Shown here one piece after another: positions 20,362-28,853 of a stretch of 32,356 nt of DNA; position 1 is the first letter of the stretch, and each line of letters begins with the position of its first letter. Under the pieces are notes generated by a model, which worked only from the letters and a program-made list of their open reading frames with translations, had not been told where the DNA came from and searched no databases. Made by a program: the position numbers and the translations under genes. This stretch comes from Candidatus Woesearchaeota archaeon (GTDB lineage Archaea; Nanobdellota; Nanobdellia; Woesearchaeales; GW2011-AR4): positions 1 to 32,356 of the forward strand of contig JACPMP010000059.1 of assembly GCA_016185915.1 (NCBI GenBank), read 5' to 3'.

Positions 20362-20817
20362 TTAGTAGGTCTCTCTAAATTTTCTACTTATGTTCAGTTC
20401 TCTAACTTCAAGCCACCAGGATGGTATCTTTAAATCTAATTTTTCGAGCAATTGATTTAGGTGATTTATTCTGAAAAATCTCTTAATATTTTTCCCAGAG
20501 ATACAAACAAATACTGGTTTGTTATGTTTTAAGGCTAAATCTATTTCTGAAATAGCCCCTAAAGTAAAAGTTGTATCTATTTCTAATGGCAATGGTAAGA
20601 TATACAATAATGCGTCTGATTCTTTAACAATATCAAAACATTCATTCATTAGTTTATTCCCATTATTATTTTGATTAATTTCTGTAAAAGGATTAAAGAA
20701 TAAATGGTTTTTGTACTTAGAATTAGTTGAGATTAATTTACTTTTTGCCGATTTAATTCTATTTCTTTCTTTGCCCTTTAAAATTAAAGGCATTGCAACA
20801 TAAATTTTCTTTTTCAT
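20362..20817 (-). CDS. Nucleoside 2-deoxyribosyltransferase (NDT)-like / N-glycosidase fold protein
   Basis: KIYVAMPL, FFNPF, DIVKESDALL, GAISEIDLALKHNKPVFV. Confidence 0.7.
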   Translation of the reverse strand: MKKKIYVAMPLILKGKERNRIKSAKSKLISTNSKYKNHLFFNPFTEINQNNNGNKLMNECFDIVKESDALLYILPLPLEIDTTFTLGAISEIDLALKHNKPVFVCISGKNIKRFFRINHLNQLLEKLDLKIPSWWLEVRELNISRKFRETY

Positions 20818-21230
20818 CCTAGTTTATTCTCTATCCACAATTTTCTTTCTTCTGGTGATAATGTTTCTAAAAACCGCTCGGAATAAATACCTTTAAGAGT
20901 GGACTCGTCACTTTTCCAATATCTATACTCAACTTTATCATTATTCTTATACCTCTCTGCTAGCTCAAATTTTCTGGAATCGTCAACATCATATAGACAT
21001 AAAACATAATCTTCCCCTTTCTTATGTTCATCCGTATTAATTTTAGCATGAAAGAATCCGTCTTTTTCTAACTCTTCAATTGCTATTTTATTTAATTCAT
21101 CTTTGTATTCAGAAAAAAATAAATATTTGCCAGTTATTTTAGGCTCTTTTTTAGAAATTTTTATGTAGTAATGCCAGTATTCATCATCTACTCTAATAAC
21201 ATTTTTTGATACCCTTTTTGGTTTTTGCAT
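20814..21230 (-). CDS. DUF1917-like (eIF4E-like / putative phosphothreonine lyase fold) protein
   Basis: TGKYLFFS, FFHAKIN, YVLCLYDVDD, YWKSDESTLKGIYS; 4-bp overlap with the NDT gene. Confidence 0.55.
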   Translation of the reverse strand: MQKPKRVSKNVIRVDDEYWHYYIKISKKEPKITGKYLFFSEYKDELNKIAIEELEKDGFFHAKINTDEHKKGEDYVLCLYDVDDSRKFELAERYKNNDKVEYRYWKSDESTLKGIYSERFLETLSPEERKLWIENKLG

Positions 21231-21298
21231 AATCACTCAATTAACTTATATGTATTTGATTCTATTTTTTGCAAAAATTCTAAAAGTGCTTCTGTTTT

Positions 21299-21958
21299 TC
21301 ATTCATTTACTAACATTTTTTCAGTAATCAAGAAAGTATTTACTGCATCTGCTTCACAATACTCACGAAAAGCTTCTGGGTTTTCTTTCCACAATTTTTT
21401 AATAAGTTTTCCTTTATCAGGGTTGTTAGGAATATGTTCTTTTCCAGTCTTTAGTGGTAATCCTGAAAATGCACTATGTGTTATCAAATCTGATAAACTC
21501 CAAGGTTTGTACAAACCATTATTGTAACTCTTCATAAATATTGATGCAATAGTGGATGCCTCAATTGAAGGAGCATTTAAAAAATCCTTAATTTTCCAAT
21601 ATTGTTGAGATAATTTTTCTCCATTTTTAAAGTAGTCTTCAAATTTTTTCAATCTATAAGCAACTACAGGATGGTCATAGGTCATTGCAAAATAACCAAT
21701 TCTTACATACTTGTAACCTATACTTCGTAAAAGTATACCAAATTCTTTCATAATTTCAACTTCTGCAAGTTCTGTTTCCTCTTTCTTTATGAATGATTTG
21801 CAAACGAGTTTATTAGTCATATCACGATATGCCACCGTTATCGAAAGAAGTGGCTCTCCTTTCATCATGTCGCTAGTTTTGGGTACATCTGTTTCAATAT
21901 CCCAAGAGATTTTAGTTCCTGGCGTTAACCATATATGTTTTCCTTGGTCCAAATCCAT
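21299..21958 (-). CDS. Stand-alone RNase H-like DEDDy 3'-5' exonuclease (DnaQ/PolB-exo-like)
   Basis: ExoI WDIET, ExoII-like TYDHPVV, ExoIII YCEADAV. Confidence 0.75.
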   Translation of the reverse strand: MDLDQGKHIWLTPGTKISWDIETDVPKTSDMMKGEPLLSITVAYRDMTNKLVCKSFIKKEETELAEVEIMKEFGILLRSIGYKYVRIGYFAMTYDHPVVAYRLKKFEDYFKNGEKLSQQYWKIKDFLNAPSIEASTIASIFMKSYNNGLYKPWSLSDLITHSAFSGLPLKTGKEHIPNNPDKGKLIKKLWKENPEAFREYCEADAVNTFLITEKMLVNE

Positions 21959-22040
21959 TTTTACCCCAATTTAGCTTTATTTTCTATACTTATTTGTTAA
22001 AAGATGAAAGTTATACTTATTTATATATCTCACGTCTCTT

Positions 22041-22119
22041 TGTCCAGTGTCCAGTGCTTTTTTACAATATAGAAAAAAATACTTTTAAGGTTTATAGATA
22101 AGCAAATTTGCACTGGACA
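22041..22119. promoter_or_regulatory. Repeated/inverted TGTCCAGTG boxes in a divergent intergenic region
   Basis: TGTCCAGTG at 22041, TGTCCAGTGC at 22048-22057, inverted GCACTGGACA at 22110-22119, with an AT-rich spacer. Confidence 0.4.
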
Positions 22120-22160
22120 TCTCTGCCTAAAATATATAAAGGCATTCTACATCTGAAATT

Positions 22161-22296
22161 GAAAAAGAGAACACGCAAAACTGCCAAATTAAGCCTTTCT
22201 GTCTTCGACAAGAAAGCCTTTTACGCAGTTTCGCTTAACGTTCTCTTTTTCCTTAATTCCAAAGTCTTTGGAAAACAAAAAACTTTGGAGGGTGAT
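22161..22296. other. Structured leader upstream of the LAGLIDADG gene
   Basis: Perfect 12-bp stem 22161-22172/22240-22251 with nested stems; TCCAAAGT (22258-22265) pairs with ACTTTGGA (22282-22289), which overlaps the SD. Confidence 0.6.
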
Positions 22297-22300
22297 TAAA

Positions 22301-23128
22301 ATGAAAATAAGGATTAGGAAAAATCATGAATTAAGATTGAAAGCTTTTGATTTGATGAATGAACTTAAAAGTAATAATCTTACTCAAAAGGAGGTTATAG
22401 ATAAAATCTATGCAGAATTTGGTGTACCGAGAGGAACTTTGTATAGTTGGTATGCAAATAGAGATTATCCGTATGGGCGAAGAGGTAGAGAAGTTACTAA
22501 AAATCCTGAGTTATTCTATGTTTTAGGTGCCCTATTAGGAGATGGGTGTATTTATTACTGGAAGAAACTCAATAGGCATATTATAAACATTGCTGGTGAA
22601 AAAGAGTTTACAGAGAAATATGCAGACAAATTATCAAAATGCACCAGAAACAGAGTTAAAAACTATATAAACAGGAACAATAATGTTTGGTTTGTAAATA
22701 TTGGCAACCTTCAACTTTATTTTCTATTCCAACAAATAAGAGGAGACCTCAAAGTATTACGTAACCTTCTTGCAAAAGGAGATTACTACAAAAATTCTCT
22801 ACAGCTAATAGAAGGTTTTTTTGACGCTGAGGGTTGTATTAAGATTATAAAAGAAAAAGTGAGAAAAACTCCTAAAATATGCCCGGATATTTGCTGTACA
22901 AATTATGAAATTTTAGAATTGATAAGAAAACTTTTACAAGAGCATCTAAATATTGAAGCAAGATATTCAATTCAAAAAGCAGATGGTATCAAAAATAAGA
23001 AAGTTGCTTATCATTTAAGAATTTATAAAAAGGAATTTGTAAGAAAATTTTTTGAAAATATCAGTACAATAAAGTTAAAAAATGAAAAAATTGCTTATGT
23101 TGAAAATTGGTTAAACAATGGTTTATGA
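22301..23128 (+). CDS. Free-standing double-motif LAGLIDADG homing endonuclease with N-terminal HTH
   Basis: YVLGALLGDGCI and LIEGFFDAEGCI; GVPRGTLYSWY HTH; GGAGGGTGA SD before ATG 22301. Confidence 0.9.
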   Translation: MKIRIRKNHELRLKAFDLMNELKSNNLTQKEVIDKIYAEFGVPRGTLYSWYANRDYPYGRRGREVTKNPELFYVLGALLGDGCIYYWKKLNRHIINIAGEKEFTEKYADKLSKCTRNRVKNYINRNNNVWFVNIGNLQLYFLFQQIRGDLKVLRNLLAKGDYYKNSLQLIEGFFDAEGCIKIIKEKVRKTPKICPDICCTNYEILELIRKLLQEHLNIEARYSIQKADGIKNKKVAYHLRIYKKEFVRKFFENISTIKLKNEKIAYVENWLNNGL

Positions 23129-23737
23129 TTATTTTTTCATTGCTTTTTTATAATATTCTTCTACTTGTGGCCAATTTACCACGTTCCACCAAGTTTTAAT
23201 ATATTCAACTCTAGCTGGACCCCACTTTTTATAGTACGCATGCTCCCACACATCAACACCCAAAATCGGAGTTTTCCCTTCCATCAATGGGCTGTCTTGA
23301 TTTGCAGTGCTGTAAACTTCTAATTTACCGTTGTTTAATACAAGCCACGCCCATCCTGAGCCAAACCTGTTCAAGCCAGCATTTGTAAACTCTTCCTTAA
23401 ATTTTTCAAAACCACCAAATGCCGATTTTATGGCATCTGCAACTTTGCCTTGTGGCTCACCTCCTGCATTTGGCGCCATTATCTGCCAGAAAAAAGAATG
23501 GTTTGAATGCCCTCCTCCATGGTTTCTTACAGCCGTTCTTATATTTTCAGGAACGTCATTTAATTTTTTAAGAACTTCATTGATGTCCATATCCTCAAAT
23601 TTTGTGCTTTTTACTGCACCGTTTAATTTATCAATATACGCTTGATGATGCTTTGTGTGATGTATGGTCATAGTCTGCTCATCAATGTACGGCTCAAGCG
23701 CATTGTATGCGTATGGCAATTTTGGTAATGTATGCAT
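23129..23737 (-). CDS. sodA: Fe/Mn superoxide dismutase (Mn-type signature)
   Basis: [56 protein letters not shown] before ATG 23737. Confidence 0.97.
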   Translation of the reverse strand: MHTLPKLPYAYNALEPYIDEQTMTIHHTKHHQAYIDKLNGAVKSTKFEDMDINEVLKKLNDVPENIRTAVRNHGGGHSNHSFFWQIMAPNAGGEPQGKVADAIKSAFGGFEKFKEEFTNAGLNRFGSGWAWLVLNNGKLEVYSTANQDSPLMEGKTPILGVDVWEHAYYKKWGPARVEYIKTWWNVVNWPQVEEYYKKAMKK

Positions 23738-23858
23738 ATAAACCGCCTCCATTTAGTTATTAATATTTAAATTAACAATTGTTAAGAAGAATATTGGAGT
23801 AATATAAATAGTTTTTGATTGGATTTGAAAGTAATCTTAAACCCCAGATGAAAGCCCG

Positions 23859-23951
23859 TCAAGAACTATAATCCTCATCTTTCTTCATTATGTTTCCCAC
23901 AAAGTTCTCTTTATGTAGATCAACTCCTGCGTATAGCTCTTTCAAATGCAT
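23859..23951 (-). pseudogene. IS110-family transposase N-terminal remnant
   Basis: GAGGTG before ATG; MHLKELYAGVDLHKENFVGNIMKKD matches the Y-x-G-[IV]-D-L-H-K start of the IS110 DEDD domain; stops after 30 aa. Confidence 0.65.
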
Positions 23952-24105
23952 CACCTCAATAGTTTATATGGAATTAAACCATTTAATATTTTCTAGAAAG
24001 ATAAATTCTAAGGATGTTATGTATTTTTTCTGCAAGAAAAATTGCCGAAGCGAAGGCACAGTATGACGCAGGGCTCGGTTTTAAATTTATCTAGGAAAGA
24101 ATTTT

Positions 24106-24420
24106 TTAATTTTTTCGTTTATTTAATAAGTAAAATAAAACACATGAAGTTAAGTATCCTACAACAATGTTAATTACAATTATAGTAATTATGTTGATTA
24201 TAGGGCTATCAAAAGATGATTCTGTAAGTCCAACGAAAAAATAAGTATGGATTGACAATATTTTTGCTACTACATTATACCAATTACCGAAACAATTCCC
24301 ATTAGGTTTGCATATTGCACCGAAACCAGAAATAAAAAACATTATAAACTCGAATATTGTTATAATAATTGTTACACTAATCTTCTTTAAATCGGGTTTA
24401 AAAAATTCTTTCCATTCCAT
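24106..24420 (-). CDS. Small membrane protein
   Basis: MEWKEFFKPDLKKI followed by hydrophobic helices. Confidence 0.6.
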   Translation of the reverse strand: MEWKEFFKPDLKKISVTIIITIFEFIMFFISGFGAICKPNGNCFGNWYNVVAKILSIHTYFFVGLTESSFDSPIINIITIIVINIVVGYLTSCVLFYLLNKRKN

Positions 24421-24519
24421 ACAACTTTTCAAATGTTACATCTATTTAAACTTTTTGATAAGTTATTTTTTCTACTGGAAATTATTTTTTTGTTGCAGAT
24501 TCAGTAGAAATAGCATTTT

Positions 24520-25443
24520 TTATCTAACCTCCAAAATACTTTTCCTCAATTTTTCCAAATAAACACAAGCATTGCAAAGCTCATTTGCGCTTGGCTCATT
24601 GCATCTAGCGCAAACTTTTATTATTTCATGTTTGAATTTTTGTTTTAACAGCGGCAATATTTGCAAAAATGAATTTACAATTGAATATTTTGTTCCAGGG
24701 AATTTATTCTCAAAATCATTTAACATATCTCTGACTTGCGCTCTAAAGGATTGTGATGCATTCGGACATTCTGCAAAATCATCAAGCAAACCATTCATAA
24801 AAGCATAAGCTGTCACTTCTTTTTCTGTGCATAAATACAATGGCTTGATTCTTTGAACAAATTTCCCGTCTTGAATTAAGCCGACTTTTGGACCAAGCCT
24901 TGCAGACGCCTCAATATTATTTTTAAATTGATTCATTAAAATTGATTGGCATTCATCATCCAAGTTGTGTCCAGTAGCTAATTTTGTTAATTTAAGTTCC
25001 CTTGATTTTTTATTCAATAAGTATCTTCTAAATATACCGCAAATTGTGCATGGCTTGGCATTGAGGATTTTGAGCATTTCGTCAAGAGTCAATCCAAATT
25101 CTTCTTTATAAGAGAAAATATGCAATTTTATGTTGTTCTCATTACAGAATTCTTTTGCTTTCTCTAATGTTTTATCTCTATAGCCACTAATTCCTTCGTC
25201 AATTGCAATTGCATTGATCTTTATCTTTTGATTTTGCTTTGATAATTTTTTTAGTAGGTGTAATACAGTTAAAGAGTCTTTTCCTCCAGATAGAGCAACT
25301 CCTAAATTCTCATCTTTGCCGATCAAATCAAACTGTCTTATGGTTTTGAATACCTTACTTTCAAAATAGTCTATAAAGTGGTTCTTGCAGAGTTTCTCTC
25401 CGGCAGGCAATGCAATAACAGATTTTTCGTTGCAGCAGTTCAT
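24520..25443 (-). CDS. ttuA: tRNA 2-thiolation PP-loop ATPase (TtuA/Ncs6, TIGR00269-like)
   Basis: SGGKDS, PCTICGIFRR, ATGHNLDD, RIKPL, ECP, C-terminal CARC/CNAC zinc finger; ATG at 25443. Confidence 0.92.
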   Translation of the reverse strand: MNCCNEKSVIALPAGEKLCKNHFIDYFESKVFKTIRQFDLIGKDENLGVALSGGKDSLTVLHLLKKLSKQNQKIKINAIAIDEGISGYRDKTLEKAKEFCNENNIKLHIFSYKEEFGLTLDEMLKILNAKPCTICGIFRRYLLNKKSRELKLTKLATGHNLDDECQSILMNQFKNNIEASARLGPKVGLIQDGKFVQRIKPLYLCTEKEVTAYAFMNGLLDDFAECPNASQSFRAQVRDMLNDFENKFPGTKYSIVNSFLQILPLLKQKFKHEIIKVCARCNEPSANELCNACVYLEKLRKSILEVR

Positions 25444-25444
25444 T

Positions 25445-26365
25445 TTATTTGAAAATTTGAAGAAATACTTTGTCCAATTCTTTATTTTTATCTCCCTTAA
25501 AATCACTATGAGGGATGCCTAAATTTTCCAATGCCTTTTTGAATCTTTTGTACCCCTCTTTGTCTCTAAGTTCGACCCATTCTACTTTTAAGCTGTTTAA
25601 CTGTTTCTTGTTTGTATCTGATAGTTTATCTGCAATGAATACAGAGCTATCCCTTGCTATAACAGCATCTGCACTTTCTGGATTCCCTTTCCCCATTAGT
25701 TTTACTTCGCAAAGATAATCTGTTCCCTTATTGGTTAAATAAAAGTCAATTTCTCTCTCAAATTCTTCTTCAGATTTTATTTGGCTTTTGACTTTTATTT
25801 TATAGTTTTTATCACTAACACCATACAATTTACATAATGTTAACATTAATGGTTTTTCCACTCTCTTACCAGCAGTGCTCCAAAGCCCGCCTCTGAGTGC
25901 GGCTCTTTTAACAGCTAAAGTATTTATGACTATTAGGCTTTCGCTAACATTCAAATCAACGCTAACTCCTTTGAATTTTAATGTAAGAATGACATTTAAC
26001 TCATCTTCTCCATCTACTAATGATTGAATTGTATTGTATAATTGTTCATAGTGTTCATTTGAAGCCTCGATAACTATCTCTTTTGTTGCAGAGTTATACA
26101 TATTTGATATCGTCTTCCGGTTTAAGCCTGAATTAATAGCGATTTCCTCAGCAGAAAGATTTTTGTTCAAGAATTCTTTTTTATACCAATCTACTGTGAT
26201 GTCTTTATTCTTCAGTTTTGCATCAATTATTTTTTTAAAGAAGTCAATTGTATATTGTAGAAACTCAGCATTAATTAGAGTAACTATCTCTATTCTATAA
26301 TCCTCTCCATTCATGAGCTTTTTTATTATGTTTTTTGCAACTTGTTCTGTTAATGTTATCGTCAT
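25445..26365 (-). CDS. Type II restriction endonuclease, CfrBI-like
   Basis: RAALRGGLWSTAGKRVEK; PD-(D/E)xK core EIDF...CEVKLMGKGNPESAD; overlaps the MTase stop. Confidence 0.8.
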   Translation of the reverse strand: MTITLTEQVAKNIIKKLMNGEDYRIEIVTLINAEFLQYTIDFFKKIIDAKLKNKDITVDWYKKEFLNKNLSAEEIAINSGLNRKTISNMYNSATKEIVIEASNEHYEQLYNTIQSLVDGEDELNVILTLKFKGVSVDLNVSESLIVINTLAVKRAALRGGLWSTAGKRVEKPLMLTLCKLYGVSDKNYKIKVKSQIKSEEEFEREIDFYLTNKGTDYLCEVKLMGKGNPESADAVIARDSSVFIADKLSDTNKKQLNSLKVEWVELRDKEGYKRFKKALENLGIPHSDFKGDKNKELDKVFLQIFK

Positions 26366-27726
26366 TTTGCTACTCTTCCAAATTCATTTAAGCTTAAGAA
26401 TTTTAGTGAAAACTGGTTATTTGAAAAAATCTTTGTTTGGATCAGATTTTCTTTAATCCTTTCAAAATATTTCTTCTCTTTTTCAGCCAAAAAGAAAAAT
26501 CTATCTAAGTTTATAGCGGATTCACCGAATGTTCCGCTACCAGCAAAAGGGTCGAATACTAAATCTCTCTTAAATGAATAAAATTTAATTACCTTGTTAC
26601 AAAGTTCTAAAGGGAAAACGGCACTGTGCGTTTTATCAAAAGTAGTGTCTATTTTCCAGACATTTGAAGATTCAAAATCTCCATTAATTTTACTTTCTTC
26701 CACTATTTTTTTGTCATATTGTTTAATATTCCAATCGATTAATTTATCCGTTTTCTTTCTATAAACCATCACGCATTCAGTACAAGGATTAGGTTTATAT
26801 CCTAATGGTTTTCTATGTTGTAAAAAACCCGCGTTCCTATTTTTTGCACTTGCCTCCGGTTTTTCCCAGATTATATCATCAATAAATTCCCAGCCCATAT
26901 TCATTAGGATAGGGTGTATATCATATGGGATGGGATATCTTTTACTAGAATATTGTCTTCCAACACGTGGGATTATTATTGGTGAAGTATTCAATAAAAA
27001 AAATCTTCCTTCTTTGGTTACTCTGTGAACTTCTTTAAAAACTTCTTTAAGAAAATTTAAATATTCTCGATAACTTGAATAGATGGAGTAATCTCTTGCG
27101 TTGTAATAAGGTGGCGAAGTAAAAGTTAAATGGACTGACTCATTTGGAACGGATTTTAGTATATCTCTAACATCTCCATAAACAACAACGTTTTTCATAT
27201 AATCTGGAGATTTAGCATGGTTTGGGTCATAACCATTACTAGAACTTGAATGAAATTCTTTTTTTATTACTTCTTGTATTATCTCATTTGGATGATTTCC
27301 CAATTTTTTTAATTTTTCTTGAACAGTTTTATCTTCCCTAAAAACTAGCAATCCCCTCATAGCTTGCAAAACAACTTCTGGGTCCGAATCACTCAAATAC
27401 TTAAATAAAAGCTGTTTGTTTGAACTATTTCTTAACCTGCCTATTCCAGAAACCGCTTCTCGTCTTACGCTCGAACTGTTATCATTTTCTACAACATTTA
27501 CAAAAACATTAATTAAAGTAGAATTACCTATTTTTGCTAAATTTTTTACAGCTAGACTTCTTACTTTTTCATTTTCGTGTTTAAGAAGACCCATTAAAGG
27601 TTTAGTATCAAAATTCTCGTTTAATCTTCCAAGTTTACCAAGTAATCTTATTATAGCTCCAATATTGTTCTGCCTAATAAGTTCTTGTATCTTTTCAGGC
27701 TCTTTTTTTAATAATTCTGCTTCCAT
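26362..27726 (-). CDS. Beta-class N4-cytosine/N6-adenine DNA methyltransferase with N-terminal HEAT repeats
   Basis: TSPPY precedes DPFAGSGT; N-terminal VRSLAVKNLAKIG, VRREAVSGIGRL, PEVVLQAMRGL repeats. Confidence 0.9.
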   Translation of the reverse strand: MEAELLKKEPEKIQELIRQNNIGAIIRLLGKLGRLNENFDTKPLMGLLKHENEKVRSLAVKNLAKIGNSTLINVFVNVVENDNSSSVRREAVSGIGRLRNSSNKQLLFKYLSDSDPEVVLQAMRGLLVFREDKTVQEKLKKLGNHPNEIIQEVIKKEFHSSSSNGYDPNHAKSPDYMKNVVVYGDVRDILKSVPNESVHLTFTSPPYYNARDYSIYSSYREYLNFLKEVFKEVHRVTKEGRFFLLNTSPIIIPRVGRQYSSKRYPIPYDIHPILMNMGWEFIDDIIWEKPEASAKNRNAGFLQHRKPLGYKPNPCTECVMVYRKKTDKLIDWNIKQYDKKIVEESKINGDFESSNVWKIDTTFDKTHSAVFPLELCNKVIKFYSFKRDLVFDPFAGSGTFGESAINLDRFFFLAEKEKKYFERIKENLIQTKIFSNNQFSLKFLSLNEFGRVAK

Positions 27727-27796
27727 CTTTCCCCATAAGTATATAAAGCTCAATTTAATAAGTTTTCCGTTTCGTACGCCCCTCCCAAATAAATTA

Positions 27797-27919
27797 TTAG
27801 GATTTTTGAAAATTGAATATAACTAATATTATATGACTTCCTTTTTGCCTATTTTCTTCAAAACCTACTTTCTTTAGAACTTTGATAACTTCCCTACCTG
27901 ACAAAACTGGCAACTTCAT
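27797..27919 (-). pseudogene. hicA: Truncated HicA toxin
   Basis: MKLPVLSGREVIKVLKKVGFEENRQKGSHIIL, then a stop at 40 aa; TAATG coupling to hicB. Confidence 0.85.
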
Positions 27920-28137
27920 TAAGCTTGGACCTCAAAACTTGCTACAATTGTATCTTTAGAAGTAGCACCTTCTGGTATGCCCATTTCTTCTATGTAAAGC
28001 TCTACTGCCTCTTTTAAGTTTTGCAAGGCTTCTTCAACTGTGTAACCTTGACTAACAACATCAAGTTCTGGGCATAAGGCTACAAACTGTTTTTCTCCTT
28101 TTCTGATTATAGCTGTAAAGTCCATCGTAATATCCAT
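27919..28137 (-). CDS. hicB: HicB-family antitoxin
   Basis: FVALCPELDVVSQGYTVEEALQNLKEAVELYIE. Confidence 0.9.
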   Translation of the reverse strand: MDITMDFTAIIRKGEKQFVALCPELDVVSQGYTVEEALQNLKEAVELYIEEMGIPEGATSKDTIVASFEVQA

Positions 28138-28176
28138 ACTTGCTTAATTTATTTATAAATCTATCTTTTTAAACTT

Positions 28177-28392
28177 TTAGCCACCTGAAATCACTGATAA
28201 AATCTTTATTTCATCATTATCGCTTAATTTTTCATCTTCTAAAATCAATTCATTATTTCTTGAAACTATAACGGTAACGGAGTTTATATCAAGTTTTTTT
28301 AATAGGTCTGCAACTATTGAATTATTTTCTAATTGTAATGCTGTATTTTTGTTTTCTCTGTCAATGAAAACATTAACATTGATTTTAGGCAT
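28177..28392 (-). CDS. ThiS/MoaD (SAMP/TtuB-like) sulfur carrier
   Basis: 71 aa ubiquitin-like protein ending VISGG. Confidence 0.9.
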   Translation of the reverse strand: MPKINVNVFIDRENKNTALQLENNSIVADLLKKLDINSVTVIVSRNNELILEDEKLSDNDEIKILSVISGG

Positions 28393-28439
28393 TCATTCTA
28401 AAGAAATAAAGTTTGATTAATAAATATTCTGAAAAATGA

Positions 28440-28784
28440 TTACCCAACAGAATGCCCGCATCCACAAGTTGTCTTGACATTTGGATTATTTACCTTAAAT
28501 CCGGCATTTGTTAATGAATCTATATAATCAACTGTTGAGCCTTTCATAAAGGCAATACTTTCTGGGCTTATAAACATCTTTACTCCTTTTTCTTCAATTA
28601 CCGTGTCATTTTCCTTAGGAGCTTTCTCTAAGCCAATGTCGTACATATAGCTTGAACAACCTCCCGGAGTTACGCCTACTCTTAATCCGTAATCAGGTTT
28701 ATTCTCTTTCTCAAGCAACGATTTCACTTTATTTGCTGCTTTTTCAGTCAAACTTATTATAACTTCTTTTGTTTGTTGTTCCAT
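28440..28784 (-). CDS. iscA: A-type Fe-S cluster carrier (IscA/HesB family)
   Basis: GGCS and NPNVKTTCGCGHS motifs. Confidence 0.92.
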   Translation of the reverse strand: MEQQTKEVIISLTEKAANKVKSLLEKENKPDYGLRVGVTPGGCSSYMYDIGLEKAPKENDTVIEEKGVKMFISPESIAFMKGSTVDYIDSLTNAGFKVNNPNVKTTCGCGHSVG

Positions 28785-28853
28785 TTTAAATCACCTTACA
28801 ATTTTATTTGATGTAACATTAATTTTAATCAACATTTTTATTTGATTAAATTT

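Larger units (their letters stand above)
20355..23224. mobile_element. Cassette inserted in sod: LAGLIDADG endonuclease, three cargo genes and a replacement sod 3' end
   Basis: Bounded by the sod YYKK codons and the orphan YQNRR fragment; removing it joins them in frame. Confidence 0.65.

Noticed and set aside
20355..23224. Group I intron or intein in sod
   Set aside because: sod already continues in frame to a complete C-terminus, the LAGLIDADG gene is antisense to sod, and the junctions do not give both an exon-terminal U and an intron-terminal G.
20354..23224. ACCCCA at both cassette borders (20354-20359, 23219-23224) as target duplication or att core
   Set aside because: Only 6 bp, also found elsewhere (e.g. 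21963), and recombination between the copies would put the orphan sod end out of frame.
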